A DNA stretch of 64,000 bases, taken from NCBI GenBank assembly GCA_002269645.1, contig NIVC01001510.1:1-64000 (forward strand), written 5' to 3'. The translations under genes were made by a program, and so were the position numbers. Source of the DNA: Macrostomum lignano. Lineage: Eukaryota. The notes below the pieces were generated by a model. It searched no databases. It was not told the origin of the DNA and saw nothing but the letters and a program-made list of their open reading frames with translations. Shown here piece by piece: positions 22,601 to 34,100 of this stretch (its first letter is position 1; every line of letters begins with the position of its first letter).

Positions 22601-25563
22601 TATCAGAGCTCTAGTATCAGGTTTGAGTCAGTATCAGAGCTCTAGTATCAGGTTTGAGTCAGTATCAGAGCTCTAGTATCAGGTTTGAGTCAGTATCAGA
22701 GCTCTAGTATCAGGTTTGAGTCAGTATCAGAGCTGTAGTATCAGGTTTAAGTCGATATCGGAGCTCTAGTATCAGGTTTGAGTCAATATTAGAGCTCTAG
22801 TATCAGGTTTGAGTCAGTATCAGAGCTCTAGTATCAGGTTTGAGTCAATATCAGAGCTGTAGTATCAGGTTTGAGTCGATATCAGAGCTCTAGTGTCAGT
22901 TTTGAGTCAATATCAGAGCTGTAGTATCAGGTTTGAGTCGATATCAGAGCTCTAGTATCAGGTTTGAGTCGATATCAGAGCTCTAGTGTCAGATTTGAGT
23001 GGATATCAGAGCTCTAGTGTCAGTTTTGAGTGGATATCAGAGCTCTAGTGTCAGATTTGAGTGGATATCAGAGCTCTAGTGTCAGGTTTGAGTGGATATC
23101 AGAGCTCTAGTGTCAGGTTTGAGTCAATATCAGAGCTCTAGTGTCAGGTTTGAGTCGATATCAGAGCTCTAGTATCAGGTTTGAGTCAATATTAGAGCTC
23201 TAGTATCAGGTTTGAGTCGGTATCAGAGCTCTAGTATCAGGTTTGAGTCAATATTAGAGCTCTAGTATCAGGTTTGAGTCGGTATCAGAGCTCTAGTGTC
23301 AGGTTTGAGTGGATATCAGAGCTCTAGTATCAGGTTTGAGTCAATATTAGAGCTCTAGTATCAGGTTTGAGTCGGTATCAGAGCTCTAGTGTCAGGTTTG
23401 AGTCGATATCAGAGCTCTAGTATCAGGTTTGAGTCAATATTAGAGCTCTAGTATCAGGTTTGAGTCGGTATCAGAGCTCTAGTATCAGGTTTGAGTCAAT
23501 ATTAGAGCTCTAGTATCAGGTTTGAGTCGGTATCAGAGCTCTAGTGTCAGGTTTGAGTGGATATCAGAGCTCTAGTGTCAGGTTGGAGTGGATATCAGAG
23601 CTCTAGTGTCAGGTTTGAGTCGGTATCAGAGCTCTAGTGTCAGGTTTGAGTGGATATCAGAGCTCTAGTGTCAGGTTTGAGTCGGTATCAGAGCTCTAGT
23701 GCTGTGGCTCTGAGTCGGAGCCAGATCTACAGTACAGTTCATGCAACAGCACGTAACCTGGGCCATCTTTCATAATCCTGGGCCTAATCCGTTTTCATAA
23801 TCAATTTGTTGTTCGACCGATGAAGCATCAGATAGTGGAGCACTCTCAGTTTTTAGTTTAGAAAATACGTCGCCTGCAGGCATAACTTGCGGCCTTGATG
23901 GACCGGCCTGGACTCTTGACGCTGCTCTGCCCCATCAATCACGCGCGCTACAGGACGCGATCTCAAATCATACTCCGCTTGACAGCTGATATGGGCTAGC
24001 CAGTTCCACTGAAGCCATGCCTGTGCCTGGTCAGGGTGCCAAATAATTCTGTAGCTAGCCGGGGTGTTGATTCCGCTGATACTATGAGCATTGCATTGTA
24101 ATGGGCATTAGCGCATATAATTCCTGCATACTAATTATGGAAATCTGAGCTCTGATAGCACTCTGCGTCAGAGTGTCAGTTCTGATTCGCGCATCATGGG
24201 CTCAAACTGATCGTGATTTGGCTAATAAATTAGCAACTTATGATTACATAGCTTGAAGAGTAAACGCATTGCTTTGCAATCAATTTCGATTTTTATCAAT
24301 TGATTTTTAACTGCTAAGCCACCTCACCCCCTGCCCAGCCACCTCACCCCCTGCCCAGCCACCTCACTTCCTGCCCAACCACCTCACTCCCTGCCCAACC
24401 ACCTCACTCCCTGCCCAACCACCTCACTCCCTGCCCAACCACCTCACCCCCTGCCCAGCCACCTCACTCCCTGCCCAACCACCTCACTCCCTGCTCAACC
24501 ACCTCACTCCCTGCCCAACCACCTCACCCCCTGCCCAGCCACCTCACCCCCTGCCCAGCCACCTCACTTCCTGCCCAAACACCTCACTCCCTGCCCAACC
24601 ACCTCACCCCCTGCCCAACCACCTCACCCCCTGCCCAACCACCTCACCCCCTGCCCAACCACCTCACTCCCTGCCCAACCACCTCGCTCCCTGCCCAACC
24701 ACCTCACTCCCTTCAGAAATACATGCTCAGGGATCAACTTTCGTAATGAAAACTCTACATAGACACGGCAACACAGACGCACACCAATAGCACACGCACT
24801 GCCGCTACCCCACTGCCAAAATCGCAGCTTCTCAGCGGAGAACATCAGCGACTACGTGACCGCCGACGCTCTACCCGCCTACGCCCGGCTGCTGTCGGCC
24901 AACCACGCCCTGGTGCACACAATCGTCTTCGCACTGCAGGGTCCCCTACCGGCCGGTCTGGCGCTGCTGCTCTCGCTGATCATCGCCGTCCACCTCGTGT
25001 TCCTGCGCCGCAGCCCGCAGGCCTGGTCAGTCAGCGACGCCGCCGATGCCGCGCCAGCGCAGCCAGCGTCGACGCCGAGCGACCGGCTGTCGAGACGCGC
25101 CGCCGGCCGAGTCCTACTTGTTGCCATCGCCTTCGCCGCCTGCGAGCTGCCGACGGCCACCCTGGCCGTGCTGGACATCAACGGCGAGGAGACCAGCGGC
25201 GTGGTGCTGACCAGACTGCTCGGCAACCTGCTGGTACTGGCGGACTCCTACTGCAACCTGGCCCTCATCGCCCTGACCAACAGGAAGTTCCTGCGCCAGG
25301 CCGGCAGAATCCTGAGCTGCCGGTGCCGCAGGCGAGTCGAAGAGCCGCGCGGCCGCGGAGCCACCCGCAGCGAAGCCAACGGCGGCGCCGACGCACCGGT
25401 TTGGCTTCGTCAGCGGAGGCGCTGGTCGGCGGCCGTCGACGGTCACGACGCTGACAATCCAGGAGGTCTCGAAGGCGGAGCTGCTGTACCGATGGTGGCG
25501 AGGGAATCCGCGGCGCCAATGATTGGCTCGTCTCTGCGAGGCACCATCGTGTGCCGGGTCTGA
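19656..25563 (+). CDS. Orphan rhodopsin-class (peptide-receptor-like) 7TM GPCR; exons 19656-20206 and 24828-25563 (428 aa)
   Basis: Seven hydrophobic segments; TM3 FVRNYCIV, TM4 end PVCARF, TM5 ALQGPLP, TM6 AFAACELP, TM7 NLLVLADSYCN..NRKF; phase-2 intron CG|gtgag...atcgcag|C. Confidence 0.85.
20323..20630 (+). mobile_element. tRNA-derived SINE family 2 with CORE-like domain
   Basis: A box GCAGCCTAGTGATTAG, B box GGTTCGATTC, then CCTTGAACAAGACAATTAAC..CTGTAAAATGGG resembling the MIR CORE; (ATT)n tail; candidate TSD AGTCAGTC at 20314-20321 and 20635-20642; second copy at 34032. Confidence 0.85.
21672..22025. repeat. 31-bp minisatellite (GATCTCCCTGTAGATGTAGGAGT[A/G]GAACGCA) in GPCR intron
   Basis: Direct periodicity. 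Confidence 0.95.
22483..23700. repeat. 31-bp minisatellite (GAGCTCTAGTATCAGGTTTGAGTCAGTATCA) in GPCR intron
   Basis: Direct periodicity. Confidence 0.96.
24318..24712. repeat. 20-bp minisatellite (CCACCTCAC[C/T]CCCTGCCCA[A/G]) in GPCR intron
   Basis: Direct periodicity. Confidence 0.95.
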
Positions 25564-25719
25564 CTGGCTGTCCAGTCCCTGTTTACCGGTTTCAATTTGC
25601 ACATTTGCATCACCCTGCAAAATTTTGCATTCCAATGCCGCTCTGTAAGAAGGTGAATTTTATGCTTTGTGGATCGCGAGTCGTAAAGCGTGATGCTGTC
25701 GATGAAAAACTGTCAATAT

Positions 25720-27490
25720 CCTGAATTCTCTATGACTCAAGCTGCCTATTACATGAACTTTCTATGACCTGAACTGTCTATGACTAAAACTGTCTATGAC
25801 TCAAACTGTCTATCACCCAAACTGTCTATCACCCAAACTGTCTATCACCCAAACTGTCTATCACCCAAACTGTCTATCACCCAAACTGCCTATGAGACCC
25901 AAACTGTCTATGAGACCCAAACTGTCTATGAGACCCAAACTGTCTATGAGACCCAAACTGTCTATGAGACCTAAACTGCCTATCACCCAAACTGTCTATG
26001 ACCCAAACTGTCTATCACCCAAACTGTCTATGAGACCCAAACTGTCTATGAGACCCAAACTGTCTATGAGACCCAAACTTTCTATGACCCAAACTGCCTA
26101 TCACCCAAACTGTCTATCACCCAAACTGTCTATGGGAACCAAACTGTCTATGAGACCCAAACTGTCTATGAGATCCAAACTGTCTATGAGACCTAAACTG
26201 CCTATCACCCAAACTGTCTATCACCCAAACTGTCTATCACCCAAACTGTCTATGACCCAAACTGTCTATGACTCAAACTGTCTATGAGATCCAAACTGTC
26301 TATGAGATCCAAACTGTCTATGAGACCCAAACTTTCTATGAGACCCAAACTGTCTATGACCCAAACTGCCTATGACCCAAACTGCCTATCACCCAAACTG
26401 TCTATGACCCAAACTGTCTATCACCCAAACTGTCTATGAGACCCAAACTGTCTATGACCCAAACTGCCTATCACCCAAACTGTCTATGGGACCCAAACTG
26501 TCTATGAGACCCAAACTGTCTATGAGACCCAAACTGTCTATGACCCAAACTGCCTATCACCCAAACTGTCTATCACCCAAACTGTCTATGGGAACCAAAC
26601 TGTCTATGAGACCCAAACTTTCTATGAGATCCAAACTGTCTATGAGACCTAAACTGCCTATCACCCAAACTGTCTATCACCCAAACTGTCTATGACCCAA
26701 ACTGTCTATGACTCAAACTGTCTATGAGATCCAAACTGTCTATGAGACCCAAACTGTCTATGAGACCCAAACTGTCTATGAGACCCAAACTGTCTATGAC
26801 TCAAACTGTCTATGAGATCCAAACTGTCTATGAGACCCAAACTGTCTATGAGATCCAAACTGTCTATGACCCAAACTGTCTATGAGACCCAAACTGTCTA
26901 TGACTCAAACTGTCTATGAGATCCAAACTGTCTATGACCCAAACTGTCTATGAGACCCAAACTGTCTATGACTCAAACTGTCTATGAGATCCAAACTGTC
27001 TATGAGACCCAAACTGTCTATGAGACCCAAACTGTCTATGAGACTCAAACTGTCTATGACCCAAACTGCCTATGACCCAAACTGCCTATCACCCAAACTG
27101 TCTATGACCCAAACTGTTTATGACCCAAACTGTCTATGAGACCCAAACTGTCTATGAGATCCAAACTGTCTATGAGACCTAAACTGTCTATGAACCAAAC
27201 TGTCTATGAGACCCAAACTGTCTATGACGCAAACTGTCTATGAGACCTAAACTGTCTATGAACCAAACTGTCTATGAGATCCAAACTGTCTATGACGCAA
27301 ACTGTCTATGAACCAAACTGTCTATGAGATCCAAACTGTCTATGAGACCCAAACTGTCTATGACGCAAACTGTCTATGAACCAAACTGTCTATGAGATCC
27401 AAACTGTCTATGAGACCCAAACTGTCTATGACCTAAACTGTTTATCCCCCAAACTGTGCATGGCGCAAACTATCGATGACCCGAACTGGC
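25720..27490. repeat. Mixed 16/18-bp minisatellite (CCAAACTGTCTAT[GAGAC/CAC/GAC])
   Basis: Direct periodicity with length variants. Confidence 0.95.
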
Positions 27491-28239
27491 TAGCGCTATG
27501 ACCCAAACTACTTCAAGTATGTATGTTTCAAATTGACTTTACCCTGAAATGTATCGTAGTCTATACGTCGTATATATCTACAAATGTATATATAGATTTC
27601 AAGTTATCTCTGACCCGAACTATGTATTACGACTCAAACTACCTATGACTGAATCAAAATTTAAAGGACACAAACTTTATCGTTATAAATTTAAACTGAT
27701 GCATCAACAAACACTACTGTACATCTACGATCTCCACTTTCTGGTTATCAATTTTCAATTTACGCTATTTTGACGGAAGAGAAACATTTCTGCTAAAATG
27801 ATCAGCCTACATGTTGCATTTCCGCATGCAAAAACCTCACTCACTCAGCCGCAGATATCTGATAGGGATTTGTGCAAGAATTCTGATCCCGGCACTGGAT
27901 AGCAGAAAGTACTTCCTTCCCCCGCTGCCAGGAGACCGCTCTTGCATAATCTAATCAGGGTGGGGTGGAGGACGACCGAGATCCCATTTGGGATTTCCAG
28001 AACGCCAGCAATCCTTCTCGAGGACAGAAGCTTTCAAGAGTGAGAGCAGAGCCGCGCCCGAATCCAATTTTCTGCAACATTTATTGCACAGCCGGCTTGA
28101 AGTATCGCTACAGTGGATGCAGGTGACGCTGCTTGGTGCAGCTGGGTAATTATTGATTCCTAACATTTGATTCCTAACCACTGCCTCTTCGATATTCTGC
28201 GTGCTCGGTTGATTTAGGCTAAAAACACCTGGACTTGCT

Positions 28240-29895
28240 ATGGGCTTCTGATCAACTCCCTGACACCTCTACTATTGCTCCTGATCAACTCCCTGACACC
28301 TCTACTATTGCTCCTGATCAACTCCCTGACACCTCTACTATTGCTCCTGATCAACTCCCTGACACCTCTACTATGGCTCCTGATCAACTCCCTGACACCT
28401 CTACTATGGCTCCTGATCAACTCCCTGACACCTCTACTATGGCTCCTGATCAACTCCCTGACACCTCTACTATTGCTCCTGATAAACTCCCTGACACCTC
28501 TACTATGGCTCCTGATCAACTCCCTGACACCTCTACTATGGCTCCTGATCAACTCCCTGACACCTCTACTATGGCTCCTGATCAACTCCCTGACACCTCT
28601 ACTATGGCTCCTGATCAACTCCCTGACACCTCTACTATTGCTCCTGATCAACTACCTGACACCCCTACTATGGGCTCCTGATCAACTCCCTGACACCCCT
28701 GCTATGGCTCCTGATCAACTCCCTGACACCTCTACTATGGCTCCTGATCAACTCCCTGACACCTCTACTATGGCTCCTGATCAACTCCCTGACACCTCTA
28801 CTATGGCTCCTGATCAACTCCCTGACACCCCTACTATGGCTCCTGATAAACTCCCTGACACCTCTACTATGGCTCCTGATCAACTCCCTGACACCTCTAC
28901 TATTGCTCCTGATCAACTCCCTGACACCTCTACTATGGCTCCTGATCAACTCCCTGACACCTCTACTATGGCTCCTGATCAACTCCCTGACACCCCTACT
29001 ATGGCTCCTGATCAACTCCCTGACACCTCTACTATGGCTCCTGATCAACTCCCTGACACCTCTACTATGGCTCCTGATCAACTCCCTGACACCTCTACTA
29101 TGGCTCCTGATCAACTCCCTGACACCCCTGCTATGGCTCCTGATCAACTCCCTGACACCCCTACTATGGCTCCTGATCAACTCCCTGACACCCCTACTAT
29201 GGCTCCTGATCAACTCCCTGACACCTCTACTATGGCTCCTGATCAACTCCCTGACACCTCTACTATGGCTCCTGATCAACTCCCTGACACCCCTACTATG
29301 GCTCCTGATCAACTCCCTGACACCTCTACTATGGCTCCTGATCAACTCCCTGACACCCCTACTATGGCTCCTGATATACTCCCTGACATTTCTACTATGG
29401 CTCCTGATCAACTCCCTGACACCTCTACTATGGCTCCTGATCAACTCCCTGACACCTCTACTATTGCTCCTGATCAACTCCCTGACACCCCTGCTATGGC
29501 TCCTGATCAACTCCCTGACACCCCTACTATGGCTCCTGATCAACTCCCTGACACCCCTACTATGGCTCCTGATCAACTCCCTGACACCTCTACTATGGCT
29601 CCTGATCAACTCCCTGACACCTCTACTATGGCTCCTGATCAACTCCCTGACACCCCTACTATGGCTCCTGATCAACTCCCTGACACCTCTACTATGGCTC
29701 CTGATCAACTCCCTGACACCCCTACTATGGCTCCTGATATACTCCCTGACATTTCTACTATGGCTCCTGATCAACTCCCTGACACCTCTACTATGGCTCC
29801 TGATCAACTCCCTGACACCTCTACTATTGCTCCTGATCAACTCCCTGACACCCCTACTATGGCTCCTGATATACTCCCTGACACCCCTACTGACA
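28240..29895. repeat. 33-bp minisatellite (TGGCTCCTGATCAACTCCCTGACACCTCTACTA)
   Basis: Direct periodicity; open in several frames on both strands. Confidence 0.96.
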
Positions 29896-30087
29896 CCTAA
29901 TCATGTAAAATCGACCTTTAAATTAATCAACACATTGTCTGCAGTATAATATTATGCCAATATATAATATTAAATAACGGTGTTTTGTGAGCTCAATAAG
30001 CGCGGTGTGCAGTTTAACATCGGTTTGAAAAGTTCACAAACTTTTGAGATCGCATACATCCTCAGGGAGACACGCCCGGTTCTTCGG

Positions 30088-30580
30088 TGTGCTGCCCCTC
30101 TCCCCCAGTCTCTCTGTGGGCTGCCCCTCTCCCCCAGCCTCTGTAGGGCTGCCCCTCTCCCCCAGTCTCTCTGTGGGCTGCCCCTCTCCCCCAGTCTCTC
30201 TGTGGGCTGCCCCTCTCCCCCAGTCTCTCTGTGTGCTGCCCCTCTCCCCCAGTCTCTCTGTGGGCTGCCCCTCTCCCCCAGTCTCTCTGTGGGCTGCCCC
30301 TCTCCCCCAGTCTCTCTGTGGGTGCCCCTCTCCCCCAGCCTCTGTAGGGCTGCCCCTCTCCCCCAGTCTCTCTGTGTGCTGCCCCTCTCCCCCAGTCTCT
30401 CTGTGGGCTGCCCCTCTCCCCCAGTCTCTCTGTGGGCTGCCCCTCTCCCCCAGTCTCTCTGTGTGCTGCCCCTCTCCCCAGTCTCTCTGTGGGCTGCCCC
30501 TCTCCCCCAGTCTCTCTGTGGGCTGCCCCTCTCCCCCAGTCTCTCTGTGTGCTGCCCCTCTCCCCCAGTCTCTGTAGGCT
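30088..30580. repeat. 29-bp C-rich minisatellite (GCTGCCCCTCTCCCCCAGTCTCTCTGTGG)
   Basis: Direct periodicity. Confidence 0.95.
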
Positions 30581-30868
30581 GCCGCATTCATTCTATAAAG
30601 TCGTGAAAAATTGAGGATAATTAAAAAATCCTGATTGCGTAATTGCTGTAGTATCTAAGGCACTAATTAAATTGCATAAATAGACAGTTTTGAATAATAT
30701 AAGAATACACTGACATACGAGCTACACAAGCCTACTCAGCAATAGCTAAAACTCCCAAACTCAGGCACAAAACTTTAACAATGCCAATGGTGATTGGGTA
30801 GCCTGTGAAGAAACTACCAGAATTCAATTTGAGTGGCGTCACTCATTGTAGCATCAGGGTGCAAAAAC

Positions 30869-30972
30869 ACCAGAGGCGCCAGCACCAGAGGCGCCAGCAC
30901 CAGAGGCGCCAGCACCAGAGGCGCCAGCACCAGAGGCGCCAGCACCAGAGGCGCCAGCACCAGAGGCGCCAG
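30869..30972. repeat. 15-bp repeat (CACCAGAGGCGCCAG), about 7 copies
   Basis: Direct periodicity. Confidence 0.95.
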
Positions 30973-31193
30973 AGACCTTTGTCCGCCGAATGGAGGGAAG
31001 AGACTGATCCTGTGTGGCATACTGATCAGCCAGCTTGATAAACTAATGTGCAGCTGAGTCACCAATAATGGCATTGCTCAGCTTCTGCGCCAAGCTAAGA
31101 GTGGATAGTTTAGCAATTGCAAAATTCCAATATTTTAAGTTTCGACTTTCCAAGTTCACATTGCAAAAATCGCAGGCCAATGAGTCTCTCTCT

Positions 31194-34100
31194 CTAAAAG
31201 ATGACCGCATCCAGCGGCGACTTCTTCAGGCCGCGAGTCCAAAGCAGCTCAAGCAGCAGGATTAGCAGGCCGCAGGTGTACAGGCAGCCGGTCACAATGT
31301 ACGCTCCGGTGACTCCGTCCATTTTAATGGGGTCCGCCTCGGCTGTGACGTCAGAAAACACGCATTCGGGATTCCTGCGCGGAAAGTACTTCAGGTTGAG
31401 TAAATTTAGGATACCAGATTCCTGGGATTTTTCCAGCCTGCGAGGTTTGGGGTAGGGAGATTTGATTTAGTATAGATCAGACTGGCAATCCTAATTATAT
31501 TCCCACTAAGTAACTCCTTCCTCGAGTCTTAGAGGACAAACGGATAGAGTGTTGTAGCTTTATCTAGAGCTCAGATTATTGTTAAACAAAATAAGCAATA
31601 CGTAGCATAGACAATCATTTACGAAGACGAGAGCCAGACGAATTCAAAGGAACGGAGCGCTCCACGATGTCATAAACAGCTGAGTAGGACTCCAGCGAGG
31701 CAGGCTCAAGGCTCAGCAGAGACGTAAATCATGACAGATACGATGGCACGAAAAGGCCGCTATTAAATCAGGGCAGACAGAAATTGGGTCCAGACTTTTC
31801 ATTTGCCCGAGCAATCATTGCTTGAGAGCTTGGGTGTGAATTAATGAGAAGGGCAAATCAGATTGGGATGCGGTAAGTGAGTACGGAGAGTAAAGAGAAC
31901 TTATGCGACTCAGTATGATGCCTCAATAACAGTGCCTTTTTTCCTTGATTGTATGATTGTATGAGCGATGTATGATTAATTCAGCCAGAAACATGCTCAG
32001 AGACAATCTGATAAGACCGCCAGTATGTCCTGATGATATCTTTATCGCCAAGCCAATCACTGACTCCCGTCGGATGGAAATGGATAGAACTTGGAATTCC
32101 TCGTCACAGCCAATCAGTGACTGGAGAGGGACAGGAGTTGAACTTATTCTACAGCCAAGCAGCGACTGGAGAGGGACAGGAGTCGAACTTATTCGTCAGC
32201 CAATCAGCGACTGGAAGGGGACAGGAGTTGAATTTATTCGTCGGCCAATCAGCGACTGGAAGGGGACAGGAGTTGAATCTCTTCGTCAGCCAATCAGCGC
32301 TAATCACCTAAAAGCCATTAGACTATACGCAGGATGGCTGTGGGCACCCTGGCGCAACACCATCGTCCCACAACCAGCACTGAGAGCAATTCTGAGCACA
32401 TACGAACTATACAAGCTCACACAGGGTGTACCACGGCCCTGACTTTCTAATCGTCAGTCGTGTACACTTTCTGCGTCTTGGGGGTTGGTCCTCATATGTG
32501 TGAATCGGCAAAGTTTTCATGCATACGTTCTAAATGAATATGTTTGCGCATTCGAAACATGGGGGGTCGTGGCGCGAGAGTCAGACGCGTTTACAGAAAA
32601 TTTCGCGTAAAAATTTTCCAAATGTACTTTTATTCCAATGCAGGCGGAGACTTACATAAAATCGAAGGCCCGACCGTAGAATGCGTCCTTAGGGTAGGCG
32701 AAGCTGAGAAAGTACGGACTGAACACTTCATCTGCTACATACAGCTCATTGCAATAGTTATTGTAATAGTACGAGTTCACGTTCTGGTCAGTGATGCACA
32801 CCTTGTAGGGATCGGGGTCGTCAAGCAGCTGAAATATCGGAGGGCAAGGTGCTAATTATATTCTCTGCCTCACTGTGAGATTCTCATATCTAACAGCTCA
32901 ATCTCAGCTGTGAGATTCTCATATCTACCAGCTGAATCTCAGCTGTGAGATTCTCATATTTACCCGCTGAATCTCAGCTGTGGGATTCTCATATCTACCC
33001 GCTGAATCTTAGCTGTGAGATTCTCATATTTACCCGCTGAATCTCAGCTGTGAGATTCTCATATCTAACAGCCCAATCTCAGCTGTGAGATTCTCATATC
33101 TAACGGCCCAATCTCAGCTGTGGGATTCTCATATCTACCCGCTGAATCTTAGCTGTGAGATTCTCATATTTACCCGCTGAATCTCAGCTGTGAGATTCTC
33201 ATATCTAACAGCCCAATCTCAGCTGTGAGATTCTCATATCTAACGGCCCAATCTCAGCTGTGGGATTCTCATATCTACCCGCTGAATCTTAGCTGTGAGA
33301 TTCTCATATTTACCCGCTGAATCTTAGCTGTGAGATTCTCATATTTACCCGCTGAATCTTAGCTGTGAGATTCTCATATCTACCCGCTGAATCTTAGCTG
33401 TGAGATTCTCATATTTACCCGCTGAATCTCAGCTGTGAGATTCTCATATTTACCCGCTGAATCTCAGCTGTGAGATTCTCATATTTACCCGCTGAATCTC
33501 AGCTGTGGGATTCTCATATTTACCCGCTGAATCTCAGCTGTGAGATTCCCATCCCATCGCACTGAAGAACCCACACCACTCACAGTTCGAGCGCAGATCT
33601 GCATGGTGTCCACCGCCACCATTTGACGCTGCAGCTCAAAGTATGGCCCAGAAGTTGACAACGTAATGAGCGCGTGGATGTTGGTTCCCTTGGCAACCAG
33701 CACCTTGTACTGCGGATTAGCCACCAAGTCGTTTAAGCCACGGATTTTCACTGGAGTCACCGAGACGGTCAGGTAGGCGGTAAGGTTGCCTGAAAAGAAA
33801 TTTTGCACTAATAATAAAAAACTAGCTGTTTTACTAATAGTAGCAAACGCAGGTACAGAATGCTACGGTAGTCCGGCGGGCAGGCAAAGTTCTGGCGAAA
33901 TTCCAGCTGTTCCTGTCTGTAGCGCATCTTTCCTAAGTAGTATTTCATGACTTTGTCTCTGGCGAAACCTCATTCAGCGCTGTGCAAAATAGCCAATCTT
34001 TTTATTTGAAATGAATTTGATTTCAATCACAAGGGGTTGTAGCCTAGGGGTTAGTGCGTCGGACTCACGACTTGGAAGGTCGTGGGTTCGATTCTTGTCA

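Noticed and set aside
28235-29949. 541-aa and 348-aa ORFs with MAPDQLPDTST repeats
   Set aside because: A 33-bp minisatellite open in several frames on both strands, with a frame-breaking extra base near 28675; there is no independent coding evidence.
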